DNA of 64,000 bases from Halorarum halobium (lineage in GTDB: Archaea; Halobacteriota; Halobacteria; Halobacteriales; Haloferacaceae): NCBI RefSeq assembly GCF_032116555.1, contig NZ_CP134949.1, positions 3,100,001-3,164,000 on the forward strand, in the 5' to 3' direction. Position numbers and translations under genes: made by a program. Below are positions 40,574 to 48,528 of this stretch, in pieces. The number at the start of each line of letters is the position of its first letter. The stretch's first letter is position 1. Below the pieces are notes generated by a model, which saw only the letters and a program-made list of their open reading frames with translations, ran no database searches and was not told the DNA's origin.

Positions 40574-41553
40574 TGCCCCACCCCGCGGATGTCGTCGACG
40601 CCGGCGGCGTCGGCACCGTCGTCGGCGTTCGGACCGTCGCCGTCCACGATCTCCTCGCCGCCGTCGGCGACCGTCGAGTCAGCGACGGCGGCCGCGTCGA
40701 TTCGCGTCCCCGCGCCGTCCAGCGCGGCGATGATCGGGTCCCGGACGTTCGCGTCCGAGACGTAGACGGCGGTCGCGCCGCCCTCCAGCGCCTCCTCGGC
40801 GGCCATCACCTTGCGGGTCATGAACCCCTCGGCGGCCGACTCCAGGGCCGCGAACTCGCCGGGCGTCCCGATGGCCCCGATGAGCGTGTCCGGGTCGTCG
40901 GGGTCCTCGTAGACGCCCGCAACGTCGGTCAGGACCACGAGTTCCGCGCCGAGCGCGGCCGCGACGGCCGCGGCCGCGCGGTCGGCGTCGGTGTTGACCG
41001 CCGTGTGGCTCCCGTCGTCCTCCTCGCCGAGCATCGGCGGGGAGAGCACCGGCGTGTAGCCGTCGGCGAGCAGCGAGCCGAGCAGCGCGTCGTTGACCGA
41101 CTCGATGCGGCCCGAGTGGTCGCCGCGTTTGATCTTCTTCTTGCCGTCCTCCAGCACCCGGACCGCCGACTTGCGGGGGCCGGTCAGGAGGCCACCGTCG
41201 ACGCCCGAGAGGCCGAGCGCGTCGACGCCGGCGTTCCGGAGGCCGACGACGAGGTCGGTGTTGAGCTTCCCGGGCAGGGCCATCTCGAACACCTCCATGG
41301 TGTCCTCGTCGGTGAACCGGCCGGTGACGCCGCCTGGCGTCTCGACGTACTCGGGTTCGCGCCCGAGCGCCTCGAGCTGGTCGTCCACCTCGGTCGAGCC
41401 GCCGTGGACGACGACGACCTTCCGGCCGTTGGCGACGAGGTGGGCGACGTCACCAACCGCGCCCGCCGGGTCGACCGCGCGGGCGCCGCCGAGCTTCACG
41501 ACGACGGGCGGCTCCGCGCCGCCGTCCGTGCGGAGCTCCGAGAACCCCTTCAT
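40570..41553 (-). CDS. argB: [LysW/ArgW]-glutamate kinase (LysZ type)
   Basis: VVVKLGG, VVHGG, RFTD, NTDADRAA, LTDVAGV; 4-nt overlaps with both neighbours. Confidence 0.93.
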   Translation of the reverse strand: MKGFSELRTDGGAEPPVVVKLGGARAVDPAGAVGDVAHLVANGRKVVVVHGGSTEVDDQLEALGREPEYVETPGGVTGRFTDEDTMEVFEMALPGKLNTDLVVGLRNAGVDALGLSGVDGGLLTGPRKSAVRVLEDGKKKIKRGDHSGRIESVNDALLGSLLADGYTPVLSPPMLGEEDDGSHTAVNTDADRAAAAVAAALGAELVVLTDVAGVYEDPDDPDTLIGAIGTPGEFAALESAAEGFMTRKVMAAEEALEGGATAVYVSDANVRDPIIAALDGAGTRIDAAAVADSTVADGGEEIVDGDGPNADDGADAAGVDDIRGVGQ

Positions 41554-42620
41554 GGCGACCCCACCGGGTGGAGCCCCAGTTGATCCAGCCCTGCCGTTTC
41601 CTCCAGCCCGAGCGCGACGTTCGCGGCGTGGACCGCCTGGCCGGCCGAGCCCTTCATCATGTTGTCGATGGCGCCGAACGCCACGACGCGCTCGTTGCCG
41701 GGGTCGAGCGCGAAGCCGACCTCCGCGCGGTTCGTTCCAGCGACCGCCTTCGGCTCGGGGTAGCGGTACGTCCCGCCGCCGCCGGCGACGACGTCGACGA
41801 ACGGCTCGTCCTCGTACGCCCCGCGGTAGGCGCCCCAGAGGTCGCCCTTCGTGACGGGGCCGCCGGGGAAGGCGTGACACGTCGCCGAGGCGCCGCGGAC
41901 CATCTCGACCGCGTGGACCGTGAACGCCGTCGAGAGTCCCAGATACGCCTCCAGTTCCGCCTCGTGGCGGTGGCCGGTCGGCGCGTACGGGCGGACGACG
42001 CCCGAGCGCTCGGGGTGGGAGGACGCCTTGCCCCCGCCCGCGCCGCCCTCCGAGGAGCCGACCTTCACGTCGACGACGACCCGGTCCTCGTCCGAGACGA
42101 CGCCGGCGTCGACGAGCGGCTTCATCGCGAGGAGCGTCGCCGTCGCGTTGCAGCCGCCCGCGGCGATCAGGTCCGCGCCGGCGAGGTTCCCGCGGTTCAA
42201 CTCGGGGAGCGCGTACTCGGCGTCCGCGAGGTGTTCCGGCGCGGCGTGGCCGTCGTACCACTCGTCGTACAGCTCCGCCTCGGGCAGGCGGAAGTCCGCC
42301 GAGAGGTCGACCACGAGGTCGGCGGCGTCGCGGAACGCGTCGACGTGCTGCATGGAGACGCCGTGGGGCGTCGCCGCGAACAGCACGTCCACCGATTCGA
42401 GCTCCTCGGGCGAACTGAAGCGGAGGTCGAGCCCCCGCAGGTTCGGGTGGACGTAGCCGACGGTCTTCTTCTCGTACTCGCGGGAGGTCGCCTGGACGAC
42501 GTCGAACGCCGGGTGGCCGACGAGCAGGCGCAGCAGTTCGCCGCCGGTGAAGCCGGAGCCGCCGACGACCGCGGCGGTGAACGCCTCGCCTGCCCCCCCG
42601 CCGTCGGCGCTGGTCGTCAT
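41550..42620 (-). CDS. argC: [LysW/ArgW]-glutamyl-phosphate reductase (LysY type)
   Basis: GGSGFTGGELLRLL.GHP, DLSADFR, GCNATA, DNMMKGSAGQA. Confidence 0.95.
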   Translation of the reverse strand: MTTSADGGGAGEAFTAAVVGGSGFTGGELLRLLVGHPAFDVVQATSREYEKKTVGYVHPNLRGLDLRFSSPEELESVDVLFAATPHGVSMQHVDAFRDAADLVVDLSADFRLPEAELYDEWYDGHAAPEHLADAEYALPELNRGNLAGADLIAAGGCNATATLLAMKPLVDAGVVSDEDRVVVDVKVGSSEGGAGGGKASSHPERSGVVRPYAPTGHRHEAELEAYLGLSTAFTVHAVEMVRGASATCHAFPGGPVTKGDLWGAYRGAYEDEPFVDVVAGGGGTYRYPEPKAVAGTNRAEVGFALDPGNERVVAFGAIDNMMKGSAGQAVHAANVALGLEETAGLDQLGLHPVGSP

Positions 42621-43507
42621 ACCGCCGCCGCCTCCGCCGCCACGTCGGCTTTGAGTTCGAGCCAGTCGACGACCGCGGCGGGCACGTCGACGTCGACGCA
42701 GCCGTCCAGCGCCTTGAACTCGACCGTGTGGTTCACCTCGTGGACGGTGTACTCGCCGCTTCCGGCCCCGCCGACCTCCATCAGGTCGACGCCGAGCAGG
42801 CCGCCGCCGACCGCGGCGCTGGCCTTCTCGACCAGTTCCGTCGCCTCCTCGTCCAGGTCGAACGCCGCCGTCTCGCCGCCCTTCGCGGCGTTCGTGAGCC
42901 AGTGGTCCGAGGTGCGCGTCATCGCGGCAACGGGCTCGCCGTCGCAGGCGAGCACGCGTACGTCGCGGCCGGGCTTCTCGACGAACTCCTGGACGTAGAA
43001 CACCTTGTGCTCGTAGTGACCGAGCGTCTCCTTGTGTTCGAGGACGGCCTCGGCCGCAGAGCGGGTGTCGATCTTCGCCATCAGGCGGCCCCACGAGCCG
43101 ATGACCGGCTTGAGGACGCAGGGGTAGCCGAACCGCTCGATGATCTCGAGGGCGGCGTCGCTCGTGAACGCCACCTCCGTCGCGGGCGTGGGGACGTCCG
43201 CGGCGTCGAGCGCGAGGCTGTTTTTCACCTTGTTCGCGCAGGTCTCGGCCGTCTCGGGCGCGTTGACGACCGGCACGCCGTAGTGCTGCAGGAACTTGGT
43301 CGCGTACAGCGAGCGCGAGGTGGCGAGACAGCGGTCGAGGACGACGTCGCAGTCGCCCACGTCGACCCCGCCGGCGGACACGCCGTGGAGGCCGAACTGG
43401 AGCGTGCGAACGTCCAGCTTCTCGACGTCGTGACCGCGGTCGCGCAGCTCCCCGAGGAGGAGCTTCTCGTCCCGGCGGATGCGGGAGTAGAGGATGCCGA
43501 TCTTCAT
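42617..43507 (-). CDS. argX: Glutamate--LysW/ArgW ligase (LysX/RimK ATP-grasp)
   Basis: YSRIRRDEKLL, KPVIGSWGRL, YVQEFVEKPGRD, WLTNAAKG, HEVNHTVEF. Confidence 0.94.
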   Translation of the reverse strand: MKIGILYSRIRRDEKLLLGELRDRGHDVEKLDVRTLQFGLHGVSAGGVDVGDCDVVLDRCLATSRSLYATKFLQHYGVPVVNAPETAETCANKVKNSLALDAADVPTPATEVAFTSDAALEIIERFGYPCVLKPVIGSWGRLMAKIDTRSAAEAVLEHKETLGHYEHKVFYVQEFVEKPGRDVRVLACDGEPVAAMTRTSDHWLTNAAKGGETAAFDLDEEATELVEKASAAVGGGLLGVDLMEVGGAGSGEYTVHEVNHTVEFKALDGCVDVDVPAAVVDWLELKADVAAEAAAV

Positions 43508-43508
43508 C

Positions 43509-43679
43509 TCACTCCCCCCAGTCCTCTTGGAGCTCCGGGGCTCGCTCGAGGACCGGCGGGGAGACGTCGACGACCTCCAGTTCCGCACCGCACGTGCCAC
43601 AGTCGAGTATCTCTCCGATCTCCAGGTCGTCGTGCAGGGCCACGGTGGACCCGCACTCGGGGCAATCTGCTTCCGTCAT
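43509..43679 (-). CDS. argW: Amino-group carrier protein LysW/ArgW (56 aa)
   Basis: Manual translation: MTEADCPECG...DCGTCGAELEV...PELQEDWGE*, with the diagnostic EDWGE terminus. Missed by the ORF track. Confidence 0.96.
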   Translation of the reverse strand: MTEADCPECGSTVALHDDLEIGEILDCGTCGAELEVVDVSPPVLERAPELQEDWGE

Positions 43680-43708
43680 GTGTACCCCGTCCTACCCGTC
43701 CGGACACC

Positions 43709-43740
43709 TTTAATCCGTCGATTCTATAATCGAAATTAAA
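43709..43740 (-). promoter_or_regulatory. AT-rich palindromic promoter/operator upstream of argW
   Basis: TTTAATccgTCGATTctatAATCGAaATTAAA, nested inverted repeats ending 29 nt before the argW ATG. Confidence 0.6.
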
Positions 43741-43754
43741 CGGGAGGGGCGTCG

Positions 43755-44045
43755 CTACCGGGGCCGAGAGAGGCTGTAACCGCCGTGTTCCGGTTTGACG
43801 TCGGAAATGTGTGATGTGGCCCCGAGGAGGGCCGGCGGCGGCACCTCCGGGGTCGGGACCGGAACCGGGAGCGACGCCGGACCGGGCGCGCCCGTCGGGA
43901 CCGGTCCTCGCGCCCGTCGGGGTCGTCGCGGCGGTCGTGGCAGCCGGCCACGTCGCCCGGCCACCACGCCGGGTCGCGGTCGCGCGGCTCGTCGTGCCTG
44001 GAGCCGTCGTCGAAGCCGCCGGACCGCCGTGGTCGCTTCAGACAT
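43755..44045 (-). other. Putative Arg-rich intercistronic regulatory ORF (96 aa) overlapping the argH stop
   Basis: ATGTCTGA overlap with the argH stop; 18 Arg in the first 47 codons, 12 of them CGA. Confidence 0.4.
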
Positions 44046-45540
44046 ACTCGCTCACCGCCGTCTCCAGGTCGTCGGCCGCGGATTCGAGCGCCGCGTCGCG
44101 CTCGGCCAGCGCGGCCGCGTGGCCGTCGTGCGATTCCGCCAAGCGTGCAAGGGACTCGGCCAGCGCGTCCGGGGCGGGGGCGCCACGCGAATCGCGGGCG
44201 GCGACGCTCCCGACCGGGTCGAGCACGGCGTCGAGTTCCTCGCGGCTCACGTACGTCGCAAGGGGTTCACCCAGTACCTCCTCGGCGGCCGCGTCAAGAT
44301 TTGCGGCGAGAGCGGCCCGAGAGCCCCCCGAGGCGGCAGCGTTCGCCGCCGAGGTGTCGGCCGGACTCTCGGTTTCGGCCGCGGCCGCCGCGACGAGTTC
44401 GTGGGCCGTGCGGAACGGCACGCCGGTCATCGCCAGCGCGTCCGCGACGCCCGTCGCCGTCGAGAACCCGGCGCCGGCGTCGGCCTCGCAGGCCTCGGCG
44501 TCCCACTCGGCGGTGGCGACCGCGCCGGCCGCGACCTCGGTCGCCTCGGTCACGGAATCGACCGCGTCCCAGGCGTGGGGGGTCGCGCGCTGCAGGTCGC
44601 GGTTGTACGCGCGGGGGAGCCCCTTCAGCGTCGTCAACAGCGCCGTCAGCGACCCGGTCGCGTCGCCCGCGACCGCGCGGACGAGTTCCAGCGTGTCGGG
44701 GTTCTTCTTCTGGGGCATGATCGAGGAGGTCGAGGAGTAGTCGTCCGAGAGGACGAGGTAGCCGTCCGCGGCGTGCTCGATCAGGTCCGTCGACAGCCCC
44801 GAGAGCGTCGTCGCCAGCGTCGCCAGCGCCGCGCACGACTCCGCGAGGAAGTCGCGGGCAGAGGAGGCGTCCGTCGAGTTCTCCACGACGCCGTCGAATC
44901 CGAGCAGGTCCGCCGTCCGCTCGCGGTCGATATCGAACGGCGTACCCGCGAACGCCGCCCCGCCGAGCGGCGAGCCGTTCGTCCGGTCGTAGGCGTCGAG
45001 CAGGCGCGCGGTGTCGCGCTCCAGCGCGCCGGCGTAGGAGGCGAGGAAGTGGCCCGCGGTCGTCGGCTGAGCGTACTGCCGGTGCGTGAACCCCGGCATC
45101 ACGGTCTCGGCCTCGGCGGTCGCGGCCTCGAGCAGCGCCTCGCGGAGCGCGAGCGTCGCCTCGACGGCCGAGAGGAGGTCCGCGCGGAAGCGGTACCGGA
45201 TGCAGGCGGCGACCTCGTCGTTGCGCGAGCGGGCGGTGTGCATCTTTCCGCCGTTCGGGCCGACGCGGTCGACGACGGCCGACTCGATGGCCTCGTGGAC
45301 GTCCTCCCCGTCGGGGAGCGTCGAGTGGCCCGCGGCTTCGACGTCGTCGAGCGCGGCGAGGACGTCGGCGGCCTCGTCGTCGCCGATGATTCCCTGCTCG
45401 GTGAGCATGACCACGTGCGCGCGGTCGACCGCGAGATCGGCGGCGAAGATGCGCTCGTCGGCCGCGAGGCTCGACATGAACGAGCGGGCCGGGCCGTCCG
45501 CGAAGCGATCGCGCCGAATCACGGTGTCTTCGCCCTCCAT
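44038..45540 (-). CDS. argH: Argininosuccinate lyase
   Basis: EDVHEAIE, HTARSRNDEV, MPGFTHRQYAQP, SSIMPQKKNPD, YNRDLQ. Confidence 0.97.
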   Translation of the reverse strand: MEGEDTVIRRDRFADGPARSFMSSLAADERIFAADLAVDRAHVVMLTEQGIIGDDEAADVLAALDDVEAAGHSTLPDGEDVHEAIESAVVDRVGPNGGKMHTARSRNDEVAACIRYRFRADLLSAVEATLALREALLEAATAEAETVMPGFTHRQYAQPTTAGHFLASYAGALERDTARLLDAYDRTNGSPLGGAAFAGTPFDIDRERTADLLGFDGVVENSTDASSARDFLAESCAALATLATTLSGLSTDLIEHAADGYLVLSDDYSSTSSIMPQKKNPDTLELVRAVAGDATGSLTALLTTLKGLPRAYNRDLQRATPHAWDAVDSVTEATEVAAGAVATAEWDAEACEADAGAGFSTATGVADALAMTGVPFRTAHELVAAAAAETESPADTSAANAAASGGSRAALAANLDAAAEEVLGEPLATYVSREELDAVLDPVGSVAARDSRGAPAPDALAESLARLAESHDGHAAALAERDAALESAADDLETAVSEYV

Positions 45541-45548
45541 GGTCGGTT

Positions 45549-46811
45549 CTACTCCCCGGCGCCGCCGTCGGTGGTCAGCGTCGCCTTCTCCTCCTCGTCC
45601 GTGCTCGCGTCCTCGGTCTCCTCCGTCGCGTTCGCCAGCACCTCGTTCGCCAGCCGCTCCTGGAAGCCGTGGTACTTGGCGACGCCCGTCGCGTCGGCCT
45701 GTTCGATGCCGTCGACCGTCTCCGTGTTGAACGAGGCGGCCGACTCGGAGTAGACGCCGAACTCGGAGTCGCGGGCGACCGGGCGTGCCTGCCCGCCCTG
45801 GAGTTTGATCGTGACGGTGCCGGTGACCTTCGACTGGCTGGCGTCGAGATAGCCCTCCAGCGAGGCCATGAGCGGCGTGTCGACGAGGCCCTCGTAGCCC
45901 TGCTGGGCCCACTCCTCGTCGACGGTCGCCTTGAAGTCGCGCTCGGACTTGGTGAGGACGAGCTGTTCGAGCGCCTCGTGGGCGGTGAGGAGGACGGTCG
46001 CGGCCGGGTGCTCGTAGTTCTCGCGCACCTTCAGCCCGAGCATGCGATCCTCCATCATGTCCGTGCGCCCGACGCCGTGCGCGCCCGCGAGTTCGTTCAG
46101 CTCCTCGATGAGCGCCACGGCGTCGAGTTCCTCCCCGTTCAGCGCGACGGCGTGGCCGTCCTCGAAGGTGACCTCGACGAGCTCCTCGCCGCCTGCCTCG
46201 CCGGGGGCGGCAGTCCAGTCGTAGATGTCCTCGGGCGGGACGTAGGTGGGGTCCTCGAGGTCGTCGCCCTCGACCGAGCGGGACCAGAGGTTCGTGTCGA
46301 TGGACCAGGCGCCCTCGTTGCCGCTCTCGACGGGCAGGTCCTTCTCGTCGGCGTACTCGATCTCCCACTCGCGCGTCAGCCCGAGTTCGCGGACGGGCGC
46401 GATGACCTCGAGATCGGACGCGCGCCAGACGGCCTCGAACCTGAGCTGGTCGTTCCCCTTGCCGGTGCAGCCGTGCGCGACGGCCGCGCAGTCGTGCTCT
46501 TTCGCCACGTCGAGAATCTTCTCGGCGATGACGGGGCGCGCGAGCGCCGTCCCGAGCGGGTAGCCCTGGTAGGTCGCGTTCGCGCGCACGGAGTCGAGAC
46601 AGAGGTCGGCGAACTCCGCCTTCGCGTCGACGACGTGGTGTTCCAGGTCGAGCGCCTCGGCGGTTTCGGCGGCCTCGTCGAACTCCTCCTCGGGCTGGCC
46701 GACGTCCACGGTCACGCCGATGACTTCGTCGTGCCCGTACTCCTCCTCGAGGAGCGGGACACAGACCGTCGTATCGAGTCCGCCGCTGAATGCAAGTGCC
46801 ACGCGTGTCAT
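45549..46811 (-). CDS. argG: Argininosuccinate synthase
   Basis: LAFSGGLDT, LARPVIA, HGCTGKGNDQLRF, SIDTNLW, KVRENYE. Confidence 0.97.
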   Translation of the reverse strand: MTRVALAFSGGLDTTVCVPLLEEEYGHDEVIGVTVDVGQPEEEFDEAAETAEALDLEHHVVDAKAEFADLCLDSVRANATYQGYPLGTALARPVIAEKILDVAKEHDCAAVAHGCTGKGNDQLRFEAVWRASDLEVIAPVRELGLTREWEIEYADEKDLPVESGNEGAWSIDTNLWSRSVEGDDLEDPTYVPPEDIYDWTAAPGEAGGEELVEVTFEDGHAVALNGEELDAVALIEELNELAGAHGVGRTDMMEDRMLGLKVRENYEHPAATVLLTAHEALEQLVLTKSERDFKATVDEEWAQQGYEGLVDTPLMASLEGYLDASQSKVTGTVTIKLQGGQARPVARDSEFGVYSESAASFNTETVDGIEQADATGVAKYHGFQERLANEVLANATEETEDASTDEEEKATLTTDGGAGE

Positions 46812-46837
46812 TACCGACACCTGTGGCCTTCAGGGTA

Positions 46838-46869
46838 TTAAATTCGGTGTTTTGGTATTTGGAATAAAA
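46838..46869 (-). promoter_or_regulatory. AT-rich promoter/operator upstream of argG
   Basis: Minus strand TTTTATTCCAAATACCAAAACACCGAATTTAA, with the TTTAATA box ~25 nt before the ATG; 20/32 identical to the argW box. Confidence 0.6.
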
Positions 46870-46949
46870 TGGCGGAGTGCGGGCTCGGGGAGCCTGGTCG
46901 GCTGGGAATGCGGCAGCAAGCGGCGTGGGGAGAGGGGTGATAAGTGGGC

Positions 46950-47039
46950 TCAAAGGCCCGGTCGTCGCGGCGCTCGCGACGGGACGCGGACGCGTCGCTC
47001 GGTGGAAGAGCGGACGTGAGCGACGACGTCGTCCGTCAT
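46950..47039 (-). CDS. Putative Arg-rich leader peptide (29 aa) upstream of argG
   Basis: MTDDVVAHVRSSTERRVRVPSRAPRRPGL*; 7 Arg (4 CGA); TTTAAG box at 47065-47070, 25 nt before its ATG. Confidence 0.65.
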   Translation of the reverse strand: MTDDVVAHVRSSTERRVRVPSRAPRRPGL

Positions 47040-47298
47040 TACGAACGAGTACTGGCTACAGCGGCTTAAATCGTGCCGGTCCGGCAAACGTTGTGTGTCT
47101 CACCACGTCGGGATTCCCCGCTCGCTCGTCGGGCGAGGGTTCAAACCGGAAGCCGGGACCAGCGCCCCCGTGACCTGAGCGTCGCCGCCGGGGGCGACGC
47201 GGTCGTGCGGCTCATCCTCCGGCGGACCCGCGGAGCCGCCCGTCAGCCAGCAAGCGAACCTGCCGAGCGACGCGTCGTGCCGGGCGTCGGCCGGAGAG

Positions 47299-48528
47299 TC
47301 AGCCCGGGAAGAGGCTCGCGTGGACGGGTGCCCGCCGTTCCTTCCCCGCGTCCCCGCCGTCGGTCGCGGTCCCCTCGTCGCGGACCGCGCGACCGTCGAC
47401 GCCGTCCGCGAGGAAGTCGCGGAGCGGCGGCCCGACCGACTCGGGTTCGACGAGGAACGCGTCGTGGCCGTGGTCCGAGTCGACGACGTGGTGGGCGACG
47501 GGCGCCCCGCCGTCCTCGAACGCCGCCGCCAGCGACCGCGACTGCTCGACGGTGAAGTGCCAGTCGGCCGAAAAGGAGAGCAGCAGCGCCTCTCCCTCGA
47601 ACGCGGCGAGCGCGTCGGCGTCCGAGCCGTACTCCGCCGAGAGGTCGTAGTCGTCCATCGCCCGCGTCAGGTAGAGGTAGCTGTTCGCGTCGAACCGGTC
47701 GGTGAACCCGGCGGCGTTGTAATCGAGGTACGACTCCACCTCGCGGTAGGGGAAGAACGCGCCCGCCGGGTCCTCGGGGAACGCGTCCCGGCGGGCGTCG
47801 CGGCCGGCCGCGCGCCGGCCGAACTTCCGCTCCATCGACCCCTTCGAGAGGTACATCACGTGACCGAGCTGTCGGGCCAGGGCGAGCCCGTCGTCGGGGT
47901 CCGGCCCGTCGCCGTAGTACTCGCCGCCGTTCCAGTTCGCGTCGGTGGTGATGGCACGGCGTGCGACGGCGTCGATGGCGAGACACTGGGCGTCGAGCCG
48001 CGCTGCCGCCGCGATGGGGACGACGCGCCGGACGTCGTCCGGGTATCGCGTCGCCCAGTCGAGGGCGTTCATCCCGCCGACGCTGCCGCCGACGACCGCG
48101 TGGAGCCGGCCCACGCCGAGTTCGTCGAGCAGCCGTCGCTGCGCGCGCGTCCAGTCGCCGACCGTCACCGGCGGGAAGTTCGTCCCCCACGGCTCGCCGT
48201 CGGGGCCCTCGCTCGACGGGCCGGAGGAGCCGTAGCAGGAGCCGGGAACGTTCACGCAGACGACGTAGTACTCGGTCGTGTCGATCGCCTTCCCCGGCCC
48301 GACGACGTCGTTCCACCAGGCCCGCGCCTGGCCGGCGGTGGGCGTCCCGTCGTCCCCCTCCTCGCGCCAGCCCGAGTCGGTGACGTGGTGGCTCCCGGTG
48401 AGCGCGTGACAGACGAGCACCGCGTTCGAGCCGTCGAACTCGCCGTACGTCTCGTAGGCGAGTTCGAGGTCGTCGATCGTCTCGCCGCAGGCGAACCGGA
48501 ACTCGCCGACCCCGGTCGTCTCCGCCAT
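47299..48528 (-). CDS. metX: Homoserine O-acetyltransferase
   Basis: [25 protein letters not shown] nucleophile elbow, RFDANSY, HGHDAFL. Confidence 0.95.
   Translation of the reverse strand: MAETTGVGEFRFACGETIDDLELAYETYGEFDGSNAVLVCHALTGSHHVTDSGWREEGDDGTPTAGQARAWWNDVVGPGKAIDTTEYYVVCVNVPGSCYGSSGPSSEGPDGEPWGTNFPPVTVGDWTRAQRRLLDELGVGRLHAVVGGSVGGMNALDWATRYPDDVRRVVPIAAAARLDAQCLAIDAVARRAITTDANWNGGEYYGDGPDPDDGLALARQLGHVMYLSKGSMERKFGRRAAGRDARRDAFPEDPAGAFFPYREVESYLDYNAAGFTDRFDANSYLYLTRAMDDYDLSAEYGSDADALAAFEGEALLLSFSADWHFTVEQSRSLAAAFEDGGAPVAHHVVDSDHGHDAFLVEPESVGPPLRDFLADGVDGRAVRDEGTATDGGDAGKERRAPVHASLFPG

Noticed and set aside
37364..43679. LysW-type genes as a lysine pathway or as a novel pathway
   Set aside because: The flanking argG/argH/argF indicate the known LysW/ArgW-mediated arginine route.
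47100..47175. GGTTCAAACC, resembling a tRNA T-loop
   Set aside because: I could not form a cloverleaf; there is no acceptor stem or D-arm.
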